Source of the DNA: Mobula hypostoma
Taxonomy: Eukaryota
DNA: 64,000 nt
Reading direction: 5' to 3'
NCBI RefSeq assembly: GCF_963921235.1
Contig: NC_086097.1
Coordinates: 174,098,001-174,162,000 of the forward strand
Below, piece after piece: positions 63,901 to 64,000 of the stretch. How positions within the stretch are numbered: the stretch's first letter is position 1; each line of letters opens with the position of its first letter. The position numbers and the translations under genes are program-made. Below the pieces are notes generated by a model. That model was not told where the DNA came from and did no database searches. It was given only the letters and a program-made list of their open reading frames with translations.

Positions 63901-64000
63901 TCTCTTTACATTTGTCTACTATGCACTTGATTGGTTCAGTCTGTAAAGTAGGAAGAACTTGGACATGAAGTGCTTTTTAGATCTCTGCTGTTTTCCAAGG

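Overview
Repeat-dense vertebrate genomic DNA. The mix of CR1, Rex1/Babar, Penelope-like elements (PLEs) and V-SINEs suggests a cartilaginous fish (inference, not confirmed). Most of the window is nested transposable elements: many CR1 LINE copies, Rex1/Babar, RTE and L2/CR1-like LINE relics, three PLE families each carrying a minimal hammerhead-ribozyme motif, a full-length but frameshifted Gypsy LTR retrotransposon (14604-18993, minus), an 860-bp solo LTR, three Tigger/pogo-type derivatives, a Tc1-like element and tRNA-derived SINEs. A small CpG island near 12.0-12.3 kb carries CCAAT, GC-box, CHR and E2F motifs. It probably starts an unidentified plus-strand gene whose first three candidate exons splice in phase. 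The most unusual observation is the Gypsy element. It has no tRNA primer-binding site, the PBS position instead holds a 14-nt complement of its own LTR poly(A)-signal segment, and its RT motif reads YLDN. Other notable items are fold-back elements with head-to-head hammerheads and a ~1 kb inverted duplication whose copies lie ~34 kb apart. No intact autonomous element ORF, rRNA or genuine tRNA was seen. Boundaries of degraded repeats are approximate.
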